A stretch of DNA of 64,000 nucleotides from a virus (IMGVR_UViG_3300044835_000075:43375-107374), one strand, 5' to 3'. Numbered from the stretch's first letter, positions 46,578-56,353 are shown. Numbers and translations: made by a program. Notes: a model not told the origin generated them from the letters alone.

Positions 46578-46725
46578 CACTCCGACCGGACAGCCCGCCG
46601 CGTGGCGGGCCGACCCGGTCGGCCGACGGGGATACGCTCGACCGCACCCCGCCAGCCGGGCGACCGACTACCGACGAAGTCGATCACTCAGGCGCATCCA
46701 TCACCAGGGAAAGAAGGCATCCCGT

Positions 46726-47670
46726 ATGTCCAGCGAACTGACCACACGCCCCGACGGGGCCGTGGCCACCACCAGCGCCGCCCAGATCCCCGAGGCGACG
46801 CGCGAGCGTTTCCCCGCGATCGACCCGGAGTCCGAGATCCTCGAACTGCTCGCCGAGAACCTCGACGACGGCGAGACCCTCGGCATCGGGAACCTCACCC
46901 GCGTCGTCAACCCGTCCGGCAAGTCGACGTCCTTCCAGGTGCCCGACCCTCAGGGCGGCAAGGACAAGACCCCCGACATGCTCGAAGGCATCGTTCTGGG
47001 CTGGCAGGAAGGGCGCAGCTACTACGAGTCGCCCGAAGCCAAGGACGGCACCCCGCCGGACTGCTCGTCGCGTGACGGCGTCAACGGCTTCGGCGAGTAC
47101 GGCAAGGGCTCGGAGAGCAACCCCGATGGCCTGTGCACCGACTGCCCCATGGGCCAGTGGCTGCGCGTCGAAGGCCAGCCCGACACCCCCCCGGCCTGCA
47201 AGCAGCTCGTGAACGTGCTGCTGCTGACCGAGGAGGAGGCACTCCCCCTCCTGGTCCGCGTGCCTCGCACGTCGATCACGGCGTTCAACAAGTACCGCAA
47301 GGGCCTCATCCGGTACAACACCGGCCTTGCCCGCTCGACGACCAAGATCTCGCTGGAAAGCGCGGTCAACCCGCAGGGCACGAAGTACGCCGAGATGGTG
47401 TTCAGCCTCGGCGAGAAGCTCCCGGGTACCAAGGACGAGGTCAAAGCCACCGCCGCCGCCGTCATGGCGTTCGGTGCCGAGATGAAGAACATCATCACCG
47501 CCCAGCCCGCCCGCAACTCCGCCGCGATCACCGCGACGGCCGAGCGGTCGGTCGAGGACGAGGGCGGCACCAGCTTCCCCGAGCCGGTCGACTACGCACC
47601 GCCGACCGACGAGGAAGCCGCCGACGCCCTCGACCACGAGGCCGAAACGAGCAGCGCGGCCGCCTCGTGA
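46726..47670 (+). CDS. putative single-stranded DNA-binding protein
   Basis: PPDCSSRDG...CTDCP...ACK; acidic C-terminal tail; precedes primase. Confidence 0.6.
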   Translation: MSSELTTRPDGAVATTSAAQIPEATRERFPAIDPESEILELLAENLDDGETLGIGNLTRVVNPSGKSTSFQVPDPQGGKDKTPDMLEGIVLGWQEGRSYYESPEAKDGTPPDCSSRDGVNGFGEYGKGSESNPDGLCTDCPMGQWLRVEGQPDTPPACKQLVNVLLLTEEEALPLLVRVPRTSITAFNKYRKGLIRYNTGLARSTTKISLESAVNPQGTKYAEMVFSLGEKLPGTKDEVKATAAAVMAFGAEMKNIITAQPARNSAAITATAERSVEDEGGTSFPEPVDYAPPTDEEAADALDHEAETSSAAAS

Positions 47671-50078
47671 GCCGCGCCGAGCAGGCGAACGCGTTCTGCT
47701 CGGCGTTGCTCGGCGGCCCCGACGGAGATGACAGGCTCGAAGGACTCTTCGTAACCCTGTGGACCTCGGGGGACAAGCGGACACGATGGCGCCGGGCAGA
47801 CCAGCCCGGCGCCGTCGCGTCTCTGGTGGCCGAGCTGGACGAGCAGGACAGTTCGCAAGCGGTCTACATCTGCACGACGCTCAGCAGCGACGAGCGCTCG
47901 TGTGCCGAGTACCACGACGGGAACATCCCGCACGGGGAGGGCAACTGCAAGCACCGGCCCAAGGCCGTCGAGTCCGCCGGACTCCTCGGCCTGTGGGTCG
48001 AATTCGACATCGCCGGACCCGGGCACGAGAGTGAATTCCTGCCACCGGACCGCAACCACGTACAGAAGATCATCGACGCGATGGTCGTCAAACCCACCCT
48101 GGTCGTCTCCTCCGGCGGCGGCCTTCACTGCTGGTGGATGCTGGCCGAACCCTGGCTGGTCCGCGACGCGGACGACCAGGACGCCGAACGCCAGAAAATG
48201 GCGAAGCTCGAACGCGACTGGGTGCTCACCGCGCGCCACCATGCCGAAGTCCTCGGCCGCTGGCAGGTCGACAGTGTGCACGACCTCGCTCGACTGCTCC
48301 GCCCCGCCGGAACCACGAACCGCAAGATCGCGGGCACTCCACGGCCCGTCACGATCGTCTCCCACGACCCCGAAGCCGTCTACAACCCCGACGACTTCGC
48401 CGAATTCATGCCCGACCCGGAGACCCTGGAGGCCTACGGAGCCGCCAAGGGCGCCGACAACGTCCGCTTGACCATGTCCGACGCCGAGAAGGAGATGCTC
48501 AAAGAGGTCAACCTGACCGCCGTGTGGATGCGCGTCAACTCCGCCGAGTACCGCGCGCTCGACTACACGCCGGACTGGCTCGCCGAGATCCTCGAACTCG
48601 CCGCCGAGAGCGCCGAGATGGGCGAGGACACCCGCAAGCAGGGCAAGAACCAGGGCGCCACCCCGTCACTGCTGGTCAACACGTGGAACGGCGACCGGCC
48701 GGACCTCAAGGACGACCAGAGCAGCCTTGACGCGTCCCTGGTCCGGTTGCTCGCCGACCTCGGTTTCGTCGACACCGAAGGCATCATCGAAGCGATGATG
48801 TGCCGCCGCCTGCGGCTGACCGACTCCACCAAGGCGGACAAGCTCGACCCGCGCAAGCGGATCGACTACATCGTGCGGACGGTCGCCAGGTTTCGCCTGA
48901 CCGCGAAGCTGGCCGTCGATCGGCAAAAGCTCTCCAGCGACCGACTGGCCGAGATGGCGAACATGCGCCTTGAGGTCAATCCGCGCCCCGAGCCCGAGCC
49001 GGAAGAGGTGACCGCCGACAAGCGCGGTGTCGTGCTCGACGACAAGGCCGCCGCCAAGGCCGGAACCGACTACATGGTCAACCTGGTCGAGCACCGCGCC
49101 GCCACCGAGGAGGAGAAGCGCCGCGATGCCGACGACCAGGTCAAGGCGGCACACACCGGCGTCACCCCGCCGCCCCGCCCGACACCGGCGCTTCCTGCCG
49201 GTGAGGACGACGACGAGGAAGAGCCGAAGTTCTTCAACGAGGATCGCCCCAAGATCGAACAGGAGTGCATGGACGAACTCACCGCGTTGCTGATCCCCCA
49301 GGTCTACCGCGAGCGCGGAGTCATGGTCTGGGGGCTCGAAGTGCGCGACGAGGGCGAGAAGCAGAAAGGCCGGTTCATGCTCCGCGTGCCGGTCGATTTC
49401 CGCTGGCCGGTCGACGAGGCACGCCCGAGCCGCTACCGGCCGGGCCGCCCACTGTTCACCGACTGGTGGGGCCGCGACGCGTTCGACGGGCAGAAGGGCT
49501 TTGAGAAGGCGCTACGGCACGACTTGAAGATGGCCGCGCAGAAGACGCCGCCGAAGGAGTGGTCGAGCCTGCTCGACGATCTGGTGCCGCTGTGGCGCCG
49601 GGACTCCTCCGGCTCCGACATCGCCACCTACTCCCACGACTGGCTCTACGACTACCTGATGCTGCACCACGGCACCGGGGAGCCGAACGAGGTCGGCGCG
49701 TCGGGGCGCCCATGGGTCCGCAAGACCAACGGGTGGAAGCCGTCCACCCCGCCGATCATCTTCATCGACCTGAAGGAGTTCCTGGAGCACTGCCGCCGCC
49801 AGCCGGGCGCGGTCGCGGGACGCGAGATCAAGGGCGTCCTGGACCACCTGCACCTGACCATCCGGCGGCCGCGTATCAAGGCTCCCGGGATGATGTCCCG
49901 GCCGACGTTCTACGAGATCGCGCCGGAGGAGTTCGACGCCAACGAGTGGGCCGCGATCATCGACGTGACGCGGCATTCCTACGAGATCAGCCAGAACAAG
50001 CGCGGGCTCCGGCTCGCCGACGCCGACACCGACAGTGGCGGGGTCTCGATCAGCGACGGACGGCGGGAGGCGCAGTGA
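47667..50078 (+). CDS. AEP-superfamily (RepB'-like) DNA primase
   Basis: LWVEFDI, PTLVVSSGGGLHCWW, DLARLLRPAGTTN. Confidence 0.85.
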   Translation: MSRAEQANAFCSALLGGPDGDDRLEGLFVTLWTSGDKRTRWRRADQPGAVASLVAELDEQDSSQAVYICTTLSSDERSCAEYHDGNIPHGEGNCKHRPKAVESAGLLGLWVEFDIAGPGHESEFLPPDRNHVQKIIDAMVVKPTLVVSSGGGLHCWWMLAEPWLVRDADDQDAERQKMAKLERDWVLTARHHAEVLGRWQVDSVHDLARLLRPAGTTNRKIAGTPRPVTIVSHDPEAVYNPDDFAEFMPDPETLEAYGAAKGADNVRLTMSDAEKEMLKEVNLTAVWMRVNSAEYRALDYTPDWLAEILELAAESAEMGEDTRKQGKNQGATPSLLVNTWNGDRPDLKDDQSSLDASLVRLLADLGFVDTEGIIEAMMCRRLRLTDSTKADKLDPRKRIDYIVRTVARFRLTAKLAVDRQKLSSDRLAEMANMRLEVNPRPEPEPEEVTADKRGVVLDDKAAAKAGTDYMVNLVEHRAATEEEKRRDADDQVKAAHTGVTPPPRPTPALPAGEDDDEEEPKFFNEDRPKIEQECMDELTALLIPQVYRERGVMVWGLEVRDEGEKQKGRFMLRVPVDFRWPVDEARPSRYRPGRPLFTDWWGRDAFDGQKGFEKALRHDLKMAAQKTPPKEWSSLLDDLVPLWRRDSSGSDIATYSHDWLYDYLMLHHGTGEPNEVGASGRPWVRKTNGWKPSTPPIIFIDLKEFLEHCRRQPGAVAGREIKGVLDHLHLTIRRPRIKAPGMMSRPTFYEIAPEEFDANEWAAIIDVTRHSYEISQNKRGLRLADADTDSGGVSISDGRREAQ

Positions 50079-50080
50079 GC

Positions 50081-50986
50081 ATGTCGTACGCGCCTCCCCC
50101 GCCGCCGGTCGCGGACGGTGTCCTGGTGGCCGACCGCTACGCGATGCTGGGTGACCTCGCCCGGGGCCGCTACGGGGCCTGCTGCATGTGCAACGGGACC
50201 TGCTACACGTGGTGGTCGGACCGGGCGCCGTCCGGCTACGTCCCGCTGCACGAGGGGTGCGTGCCCCGGCTGGTCGAGCACTGGACGAAGTTCGTCGCGG
50301 ACGGCGGTGCGGAGCCCGAGAGGACTTTCGTGCCGCCGTCCGGCCGCCGTGGCGCCTATGCGCGCCGGGCGGCGACGGTGGACACCGCGCCAGCGTCCGC
50401 CCCGCAGCAGCCCGCCCGGGTCGTGACCGCTGGCGCGGTGCTTCCTGATCGTTTCATCCCGGGGCCGTTCTGGCTCCCTGGGGACGATCACCTCACACCG
50501 TGGACGGGACTGCTGGAGACCGCGACCGGGCACACGGTGTGCCCGGCGGGGGCGAATGTGGCGCACGCCGAGAAGACGTACGCGTTCTACCGGTCGCAGC
50601 GGATCGTGTCCTACAACACCCCGGTCGTCGGGGGTGCGTTGATCGCACCTGACGGTTCGGTGACGCGGTCGTGGGGTTCGGTGCCGGTGGTGGGTTCGCC
50701 GCGTTGGGTGTCGGTCTCGATCCGCAGCGAGTGGGGCATGTGCCCGGGATGCGGTGAGTTGAAGTGGCCGGGGTCGTGGCGTACGGACCGCAACGTCTGC
50801 ATGGGGTGTCAGAGTGCCCGCGAGGTCGCAGACCCGCGAGAGTGGCCGTATGAGACGCCGCATCCCGGGCAGCAGGCCGTACCGGATACCTTTATCACGA
50901 CGAAAAAGGTGACGCCTCCCGCGTCGGCGCGGTTGGCGCCGAGCTTGAACCGAGGACGTTTGACTAGCCGCCGCAAGTCGGGCTAA
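50081..50986 (+). CDS. Cys-rich hypothetical protein
   Basis: CCMC...HEGC; CPGC...CMGC. Confidence 0.65.
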   Translation: MSYAPPPPPVADGVLVADRYAMLGDLARGRYGACCMCNGTCYTWWSDRAPSGYVPLHEGCVPRLVEHWTKFVADGGAEPERTFVPPSGRRGAYARRAATVDTAPASAPQQPARVVTAGAVLPDRFIPGPFWLPGDDHLTPWTGLLETATGHTVCPAGANVAHAEKTYAFYRSQRIVSYNTPVVGGALIAPDGSVTRSWGSVPVVGSPRWVSVSIRSEWGMCPGCGELKWPGSWRTDRNVCMGCQSAREVADPREWPYETPHPGQQAVPDTFITTKKVTPPASARLAPSLNRGRLTSRRKSG

Positions 50987-51002
50987 TCTATCCTCGTTCT
51001 GC
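50960..51002 (+). promoter_or_regulatory. class II promoter cassette TTGACT-18-TAATCT plus GTTCTGC
   Basis: repeat motif. Confidence 0.85.
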
Positions 51003-51030
51003 TGTATCCGACCCTGCCAGAAGGTGCCTC

Positions 51031-51354
51031 ATGGCCCGACTCACCCATTCTCGCGATGGCCGCCATCCCGGGACCGACCGCCTCCTGCTCGTCGGCGTGG
51101 CCTTCGGATGCACCGCCTCAGTTCCCTTGTGGATCGGCCTGGCGTACTTCCTCGGACTCTGCGAGATCCCGATGTCGGCGTGGTCCCTGCTCAGCGCGTC
51201 GGCCATCGCGGCATCGCTGGGTGCGGTATCCATCCGGTCGTCGGTTCTGCTGTTCGACAAGGTATTACGGCCCCGGGTGTTCGACCTTGAGCAGCGCAAG
51301 CACGAAATAGTTCCGTTTCATTATTCGACAAGGGAGACTCATCAGGATGTCTAA
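51031..51354 (+). CDS. membrane protein
   Basis: two hydrophobic segments. Confidence 0.6.
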   Translation: MARLTHSRDGRHPGTDRLLLVGVAFGCTASVPLWIGLAYFLGLCEIPMSAWSLLSASAIAASLGAVSIRSSVLLFDKVLRPRVFDLEQRKHEIVPFHYSTRETHQDV

Positions 51355-52162
51355 AAATATTCGGTTATACTTGGACTTCGAGACAACAGGTCTTTCTCCT
51401 GGAAAAGAAACCATTCTCGAACTCGCGTACTGCATCACTGACGATCAGCACAGGTTGCTTACTCCGATCCGCCAGCGCTTGACAAACCTTGCCCCTCCAC
51501 TCAAGCGCGAGGCTGGTCCTCGTGGGCCTTTCGGTTTCGCGTTCGACACGACCAAATCCGAAGACTGGGAGAACCCTGAGTTCTTCGATACTCGGAACAA
51601 GTCCAATCCCAAGATCGTGATGGATATGCATCAGAATTCGGGACTTAAGGCTGACCACTTGGCCGTGGATCCGAACGCTATTCTTACTCATCCTCGTGAT
51701 TTCGAGCGAATGTTTCTGGACGACCTGGTCGATGTCAAAAATCGGTTCGACTACGACATCGGAAAGATCATCCTGTCCGGTGATGGCGTGAGCCATTTCG
51801 ACAACTACTTGCTTGACGCTTTGTGGCCCGACCGCTTCCCGCTCCGGCCGGACTTCGATCACGACATGGCGTACTGGTACGGCGATGTCTCCATCGCGCG
51901 GCGCCTGGTGCCGCCGTCCGTGCTCACCGCTGGCCGGAAGTGGGCGGAGAGCGATGAGTCGCCGTTCTCCATGCTCGCCGAGGAGATGGTCGCGGACATC
52001 TCCATGGGCCCGGACGACTTCGAGGTGCAGGACGAGAAGTCGAACCTGTGGACCTTTGACCGCAACGGCGCGGTGCCGCACCGGGCGGCGGACGACCTGG
52101 TTGTGTCGATCCTGGATGCCCGGATACTCGCCAAGATCGACCTGTTTTCCCAGAAGATTTGA
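51347..52162 (+). CDS. oligoribonuclease-like DEDDh exonuclease
   Basis: YLDFETTGL, ILELA, MHQNSGL, VSHFD, DVS, HRAADD. Confidence 0.85.
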   Translation: MSKNIRLYLDFETTGLSPGKETILELAYCITDDQHRLLTPIRQRLTNLAPPLKREAGPRGPFGFAFDTTKSEDWENPEFFDTRNKSNPKIVMDMHQNSGLKADHLAVDPNAILTHPRDFERMFLDDLVDVKNRFDYDIGKIILSGDGVSHFDNYLLDALWPDRFPLRPDFDHDMAYWYGDVSIARRLVPPSVLTAGRKWAESDESPFSMLAEEMVADISMGPDDFEVQDEKSNLWTFDRNGAVPHRAADDLVVSILDARILAKIDLFSQKI

Positions 52163-52201
52163 CAAGCCGGTACAGGATCGGCTAATTTATTGGTGTTCCG
52201 C
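52159..52201 (+). promoter_or_regulatory. class II promoter cassette TTGACA-18-TAATTT plus GTTCCGC
   Basis: repeat motif. Confidence 0.88.
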
Positions 52202-52225
52202 GACGACACCCCTGAGGAGACCACC

Positions 52226-52471
52226 GTGAAGACCTGCACCCACTGCGTCATCGAGTTCACCCCGAGCCTCGACGACGAGGGCCAGCCGGTCTACCTCGAT
52301 TACCACGGTGCCGTGAGCTGTGACACCTGCACATGCAGGCTCTGCGGCCACGGACACCCGACGGCCGACGGGCACGAAGACTGCGCGGCGGCTTTCGAGG
52401 ATGGCAAGCTCGACCCGGCCGATCCCGACGTCCTGATCGAGATCGCCCGCGACCTCCTCACCGGCGTCTAG
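52226..52471 (+). CDS. small Cys-rich protein
   Basis: GAGGAG RBS; CTHC, CDTCTCRLC. Confidence 0.7.
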   Translation: MKTCTHCVIEFTPSLDDEGQPVYLDYHGAVSCDTCTCRLCGHGHPTADGHEDCAAAFEDGKLDPADPDVLIEIARDLLTGV

Positions 52472-52480
52472 GAACATGCA

Positions 52481-52723
52481 ATGAACAGCAGGCGCGCGCG
52501 GCGGCTAGCCACCATCCGGCTAGCCGCCGCCGCGCGTTCGCTGTCCACCGACGCCGCCGCGTTCGACGAGCTGAACCCCGCCGACCGACGGCGCATAGGC
52601 CGCGCGTTCGACGACCTCGCGCACGAACTCGAAGTGCGCGCCGGTCTCACCCCCCGCGTCCCGCACGCCGCACCGATCGACCCCGATCAGGTGCACCTCT
52701 TCGAGATCAACCGGGAGAACTGA
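52481..52723 (+). CDS. small hypothetical protein
   Basis: operon position. Confidence 0.6.
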   Translation: MNSRRARRLATIRLAAAARSLSTDAAAFDELNPADRRRIGRAFDDLAHELEVRAGLTPRVPHAAPIDPDQVHLFEINREN

Positions 52724-52724
52724 C

Positions 52725-52919
52725 ATGCAGCTCGGACAGAAGACCCAGGCCAAGGCCATGACGCTCGGCGAACTCCGCGAATTGATCAAGCAGGTCGACA
52801 CCGCCGGATTCCCCGACCAGGCCGTCGTCAGCGCCCGAGCTGGCTTCAAAGGCAAACTCCAGTCGATCATGATCGACTCCGACGAGCGCAACCAGCCGAA
52901 GCGCCCCAGCACGCTGTGA
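52725..52919 (+). CDS. small hypothetical protein
   Basis: GGGAG RBS. Confidence 0.65.
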   Translation: MQLGQKTQAKAMTLGELRELIKQVDTAGFPDQAVVSARAGFKGKLQSIMIDSDERNQPKRPSTL

Positions 52920-53704
52920 ACACCTGGTCACCCTCCCAGGTCCTCGCCTACCGGACCTGCCCCCGGCAATGGCTGCTGCGCTACCGGACACTCAGCCCGC
53001 ACGCCAAGGCCCGCCTGGTCGCCGACGCGCCCATCGTCATGCTGCTCGGCACCGCCGCCCACGCCGGGATGGAGGCCGCCTACCGTGCCGCCAAAGGCGG
53101 CATGTCGCTCAGCACCGAGCAGACCATGGGCGCGTTCGCCGACGACGCGCTCGACGCCGTCCGCAATGCCTGGGGAGCGTTCGGACTCGACGAGAAGGAA
53201 GACGTCTCCGTGGTCGAGGATGAGGTGATCGCGGTCCTCACCTCGCTCCCCCGGCCGCGACCGGCCGCGATCCTCGGTATCGAGATGACCCTGTTCGACG
53301 TCGTCGAGGGCATCGAGTTCACCAACGTCGTCGACCTCGCCCTACAGACCGGCCCGACGTCGCTGCACCTGCGCGACTGGAAGCGGCGCGCCTACCGGTC
53401 GCTCCCGCTGACCGTGGACCTCGGAGACGACCCTCAGCTGTGCTCGTACCGACACGCGGCGGCCCGTCACTTCCCCTGGGCCACGACGGTCACGGTGGGG
53501 CTGTACTCGTTGATCACGAACCGCGAGGTGCACACGGAGCTACCGCTGGCTCGCGCCGAACGCACCATGGCGGGTGAGGCGGCGATGATTCGGCGGGCCG
53601 AGGCAGACACGGAGTGTGTCCCCACCCCCGATGGAACGAACTGCGACAAGTGCCGGGTGCGTCCGGCGTGTCCACGGTGGACGGTCCCGGCCGGGCAGGT
53701 CTGA
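52916..53704 (+). CDS. PD-(D/E)XK Cas4/RecB-like exonuclease with probable Fe-S cluster
   Basis: WSPS..TCPR, GTAAH, VD...RDWK, QL.SY, CDKCRVRPAC. Confidence 0.88.
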   Translation: MNTWSPSQVLAYRTCPRQWLLRYRTLSPHAKARLVADAPIVMLLGTAAHAGMEAAYRAAKGGMSLSTEQTMGAFADDALDAVRNAWGAFGLDEKEDVSVVEDEVIAVLTSLPRPRPAAILGIEMTLFDVVEGIEFTNVVDLALQTGPTSLHLRDWKRRAYRSLPLTVDLGDDPQLCSYRHAAARHFPWATTVTVGLYSLITNREVHTELPLARAERTMAGEAAMIRRAEADTECVPTPDGTNCDKCRVRPACPRWTVPAGQV

Positions 53705-53877
53705 GTACCTCACGTACGCACTCGCGCACGCACGGTCGCCTCTCCCATAACGACTCGGCGAGTGCAAGGTGACGCGCCGTCCGGGGTGGCATTACCCGCC
53801 CCCTAACGGCTAGTCTTCGATCTTGACGACGGTTCCGCTTTACCTACCCTTTGGCACACCCGGAAAGGCCCGCAGGC

Positions 53878-55662
53878 ATGACCGAAGACTCGAAACCGTG
53901 GATTGTCCACCAGGTGTTCGGACCACCGGGAACGGGTAAAACCCGTTACCTCACCATGAAAGTCCGCGAAATCGTACGCGCGTACGGCCCCGACTCCGTG
54001 GTCATCACCTCCTTCACCGTCACCGGCGCGCAAGAGATCGCCTCCCGAGGCCTGGGCCTCCCCGCGCGTTCCGTCGGCACCCTGCACTCCCTGGCCTTCC
54101 GGGCCATCGGACACGACAGTTCCGTCGCCCTGGACCCCGAGATCCTCAAGGACTGGAACGACTCGGTAGGACGTGAATGGCGGATCACCGCCGACACCCG
54201 GCGCGGCAAGCCCCAGGCCGCCACCGAGGGCGGCGCGACCAACACCGATGCGACTACCGCCAGTAGCGGTGACGAACTCCTGGCGTCCCTCGACCGAGCC
54301 CGCTCGACGTTCATCGACCCGTCCGACTACGTGCCCGAGTTGAAGGCTTTCGCCGAATCCTGGGAGAAGTGGAAGAACGACGTCGGCGCCGTCGACTTCA
54401 CCGACATGATCGTCATGGCCTGGGAGCAGGCCAAGGAAGGCGAGGCCGCGCCGGGCAACCCCCGCGTCCTCGTCGTCGACGAAGGCCAGGATATGACACC
54501 CCTGGAGACCGAACTCGCGCTCGAATGGGGCAAGCACGCCCAGTCGCTCGTCATCGCCCTCGACGACGACCAGGCCATCATGGAATGGCGCGGCGGCGAC
54601 CCCCGCAAGATGCTTGAACTCGGCAACGGCGACGGCTTCACCGTCGACCGCCACGTCCTCGGGAAGTCCTACCGCATCCCCCGCGCCGTGCACGCCCCCG
54701 CAGAGCAGTGGGTCCGGCGCCTCTCCCTCCGCCACGACAAGCAGTACCTCCCCCGCACCCGCTTCGAGCCCGTCTTCACCGACACCGGCGAACCCCAGTT
54801 CGACGAGGACGGCGAACAGGAGCAGCGCGACACCGGCGAAATCATCGAAGGGGCCGCGTGGTGCGTCGCCGAGTCCCTCGAATCGCTCGCCCTGATCGAC
54901 AAGATCGAGCACGAGGTCGAGTCCGGCCGGTCGGTGATGGTCATCGCCACCTGCGCCTACATGCTCGAACCCGTCCTCAAGGGGTTGCGCGCCGCCGGGA
55001 TGCCGTTCTATAACCCGTACCGGCCCGCCGAGGCCCGCTGGAACCCGCTCGGCCGCCGCAGCGGAACCTCGACCGCGTCACGCGTACTCGCCTACATGAC
55101 CTCTCATGAGAGCCTCGGGGACGACGGCCGGTTGTGGACCGGCAACGACATCCGCGCCTGGATCGAGCTGGTCCGCGCGAAGGACTCAGGCCTGCGGCGG
55201 GGCGCCAAGACCAGCGCCGACGCACTGCCCGACGGCGAAGTTCCCTGGGAGCAGGTCGCCGACCTGTTCGACAGCGAGGAAGCCCTCAACCGCGCGGTCT
55301 CCCCGGATCTTGAGTGGCTTGCCTCCAACATCGTGCCCAGTAAGGAAAGGCAGACCGCATACCCCTTACAGGTATGCCGTAAGCGCGGCCCGAAAGCGTT
55401 GCTGTACAAGCCTTCCGTGACAATCGGCACCATCCACTCGGTCAAGGGTGGAAGCTCCGATGTCGTCTACCTCGCCCCCGACGTGTCCGGCGCGGGCATG
55501 GCGCAGATCCAGGGCGACGTCAACGGACGGGACCAGGCGATCCGGCAGTTCTACGTCGGCATGACGCGCGCTTACGAGGAACTTCGTTTGATGGCACCGT
55601 TTTCCCGCAACTTCGTCAAACGACGCGACCTGATCCCCTCGCACATGGAGGTACCGGCATGA
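53878..55662 (+). CDS. UvrD/Rep-family (SF1) helicase
   Basis: GPPGTGKT, VDEGQD, DDDQAI, SYR, TIHSVKG, YVGMTRA. Confidence 0.92.
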   Translation: MTEDSKPWIVHQVFGPPGTGKTRYLTMKVREIVRAYGPDSVVITSFTVTGAQEIASRGLGLPARSVGTLHSLAFRAIGHDSSVALDPEILKDWNDSVGREWRITADTRRGKPQAATEGGATNTDATTASSGDELLASLDRARSTFIDPSDYVPELKAFAESWEKWKNDVGAVDFTDMIVMAWEQAKEGEAAPGNPRVLVVDEGQDMTPLETELALEWGKHAQSLVIALDDDQAIMEWRGGDPRKMLELGNGDGFTVDRHVLGKSYRIPRAVHAPAEQWVRRLSLRHDKQYLPRTRFEPVFTDTGEPQFDEDGEQEQRDTGEIIEGAAWCVAESLESLALIDKIEHEVESGRSVMVIATCAYMLEPVLKGLRAAGMPFYNPYRPAEARWNPLGRRSGTSTASRVLAYMTSHESLGDDGRLWTGNDIRAWIELVRAKDSGLRRGAKTSADALPDGEVPWEQVADLFDSEEALNRAVSPDLEWLASNIVPSKERQTAYPLQVCRKRGPKALLYKPSVTIGTIHSVKGGSSDVVYLAPDVSGAGMAQIQGDVNGRDQAIRQFYVGMTRAYEELRLMAPFSRNFVKRRDLIPSHMEVPA

Positions 55663-56069
55663 CCACGCTCGACGACGACTACGCCCCCACCGCGCCGACC
55701 AAGCGCCCGGCCGCGTCACGCAACGACTCCGAGACGGTCCGTACGCAGCGGTGCTTGACGTGGCTCAAGGCCGAACCGAAAACCTACGCCTACAAAGTCC
55801 ACACCGGACCCATGGGCGAAGGCGGCCATCCGGATATCGACGGCTGCCAGTGCGGCCGCGCGTTCAAGATCGAGATGAAGCGGGCCGGAGAACGACCCAA
55901 CGCGCGGCAGATGATGCGGCTGAAGATGTGGCAGGAAGCCGGTGCCCTGGTCGGCTGGGCCGAAGACGTCGAGCACGTGAAGCAGATCCTGGCCCACCGA
56001 CAGGACTACGAGTGGCGAAACCCGCTCACCGCCCCCGGCGCACCCGAGGCGGCCAGGGGGCAGGCGTGA
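55659..56069 (+). CDS. VRR-NUC domain nuclease
   Basis: GHPDI...IEMK...Q. Confidence 0.85.
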   Translation: MTTLDDDYAPTAPTKRPAASRNDSETVRTQRCLTWLKAEPKTYAYKVHTGPMGEGGHPDIDGCQCGRAFKIEMKRAGERPNARQMMRLKMWQEAGALVGWAEDVEHVKQILAHRQDYEWRNPLTAPGAPEAARGQA

Positions 56070-56353
56070 CCCGGCACCTTCGCCTCATCGAAGGCGATGG
56101 CCCGGAACTCCCCCCGCTGCGCGTGGCAATGACCCACCGCAGCATCCACAGCGTCACCGCCATGATCGTCGAGGCCGCGCAGGACTGGACCGCGTACATG
56201 GTCGGATCCGGCGCGCTCGACGAGTTCACCACCGAGAGCGAGTACGGGCGGCTCACGATCCGGCTCACCGACGCGGTGACCGAGTACGAGATGAGAATGA
56301 CCGGCATCGAGCTACCGCCGGAGACGCAAAACGGGCCGATCACCTTGTGGTGA
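56066..56353 (+). CDS. hypothetical protein
   Basis: GTGA overlap. Confidence 0.65.
   Translation: MTRHLRLIEGDGPELPPLRVAMTHRSIHSVTAMIVEAAQDWTAYMVGSGALDEFTTESEYGRLTIRLTDAVTEYEMRMTGIELPPETQNGPITLW

Noticed and set aside
52916-53704. Cas4-like nuclease as evidence of a CRISPR system
   Set aside because: No repeat-spacer array or other cas genes seen; stand-alone Cas4/RecB-like exonucleases are routine in actinophage replication modules
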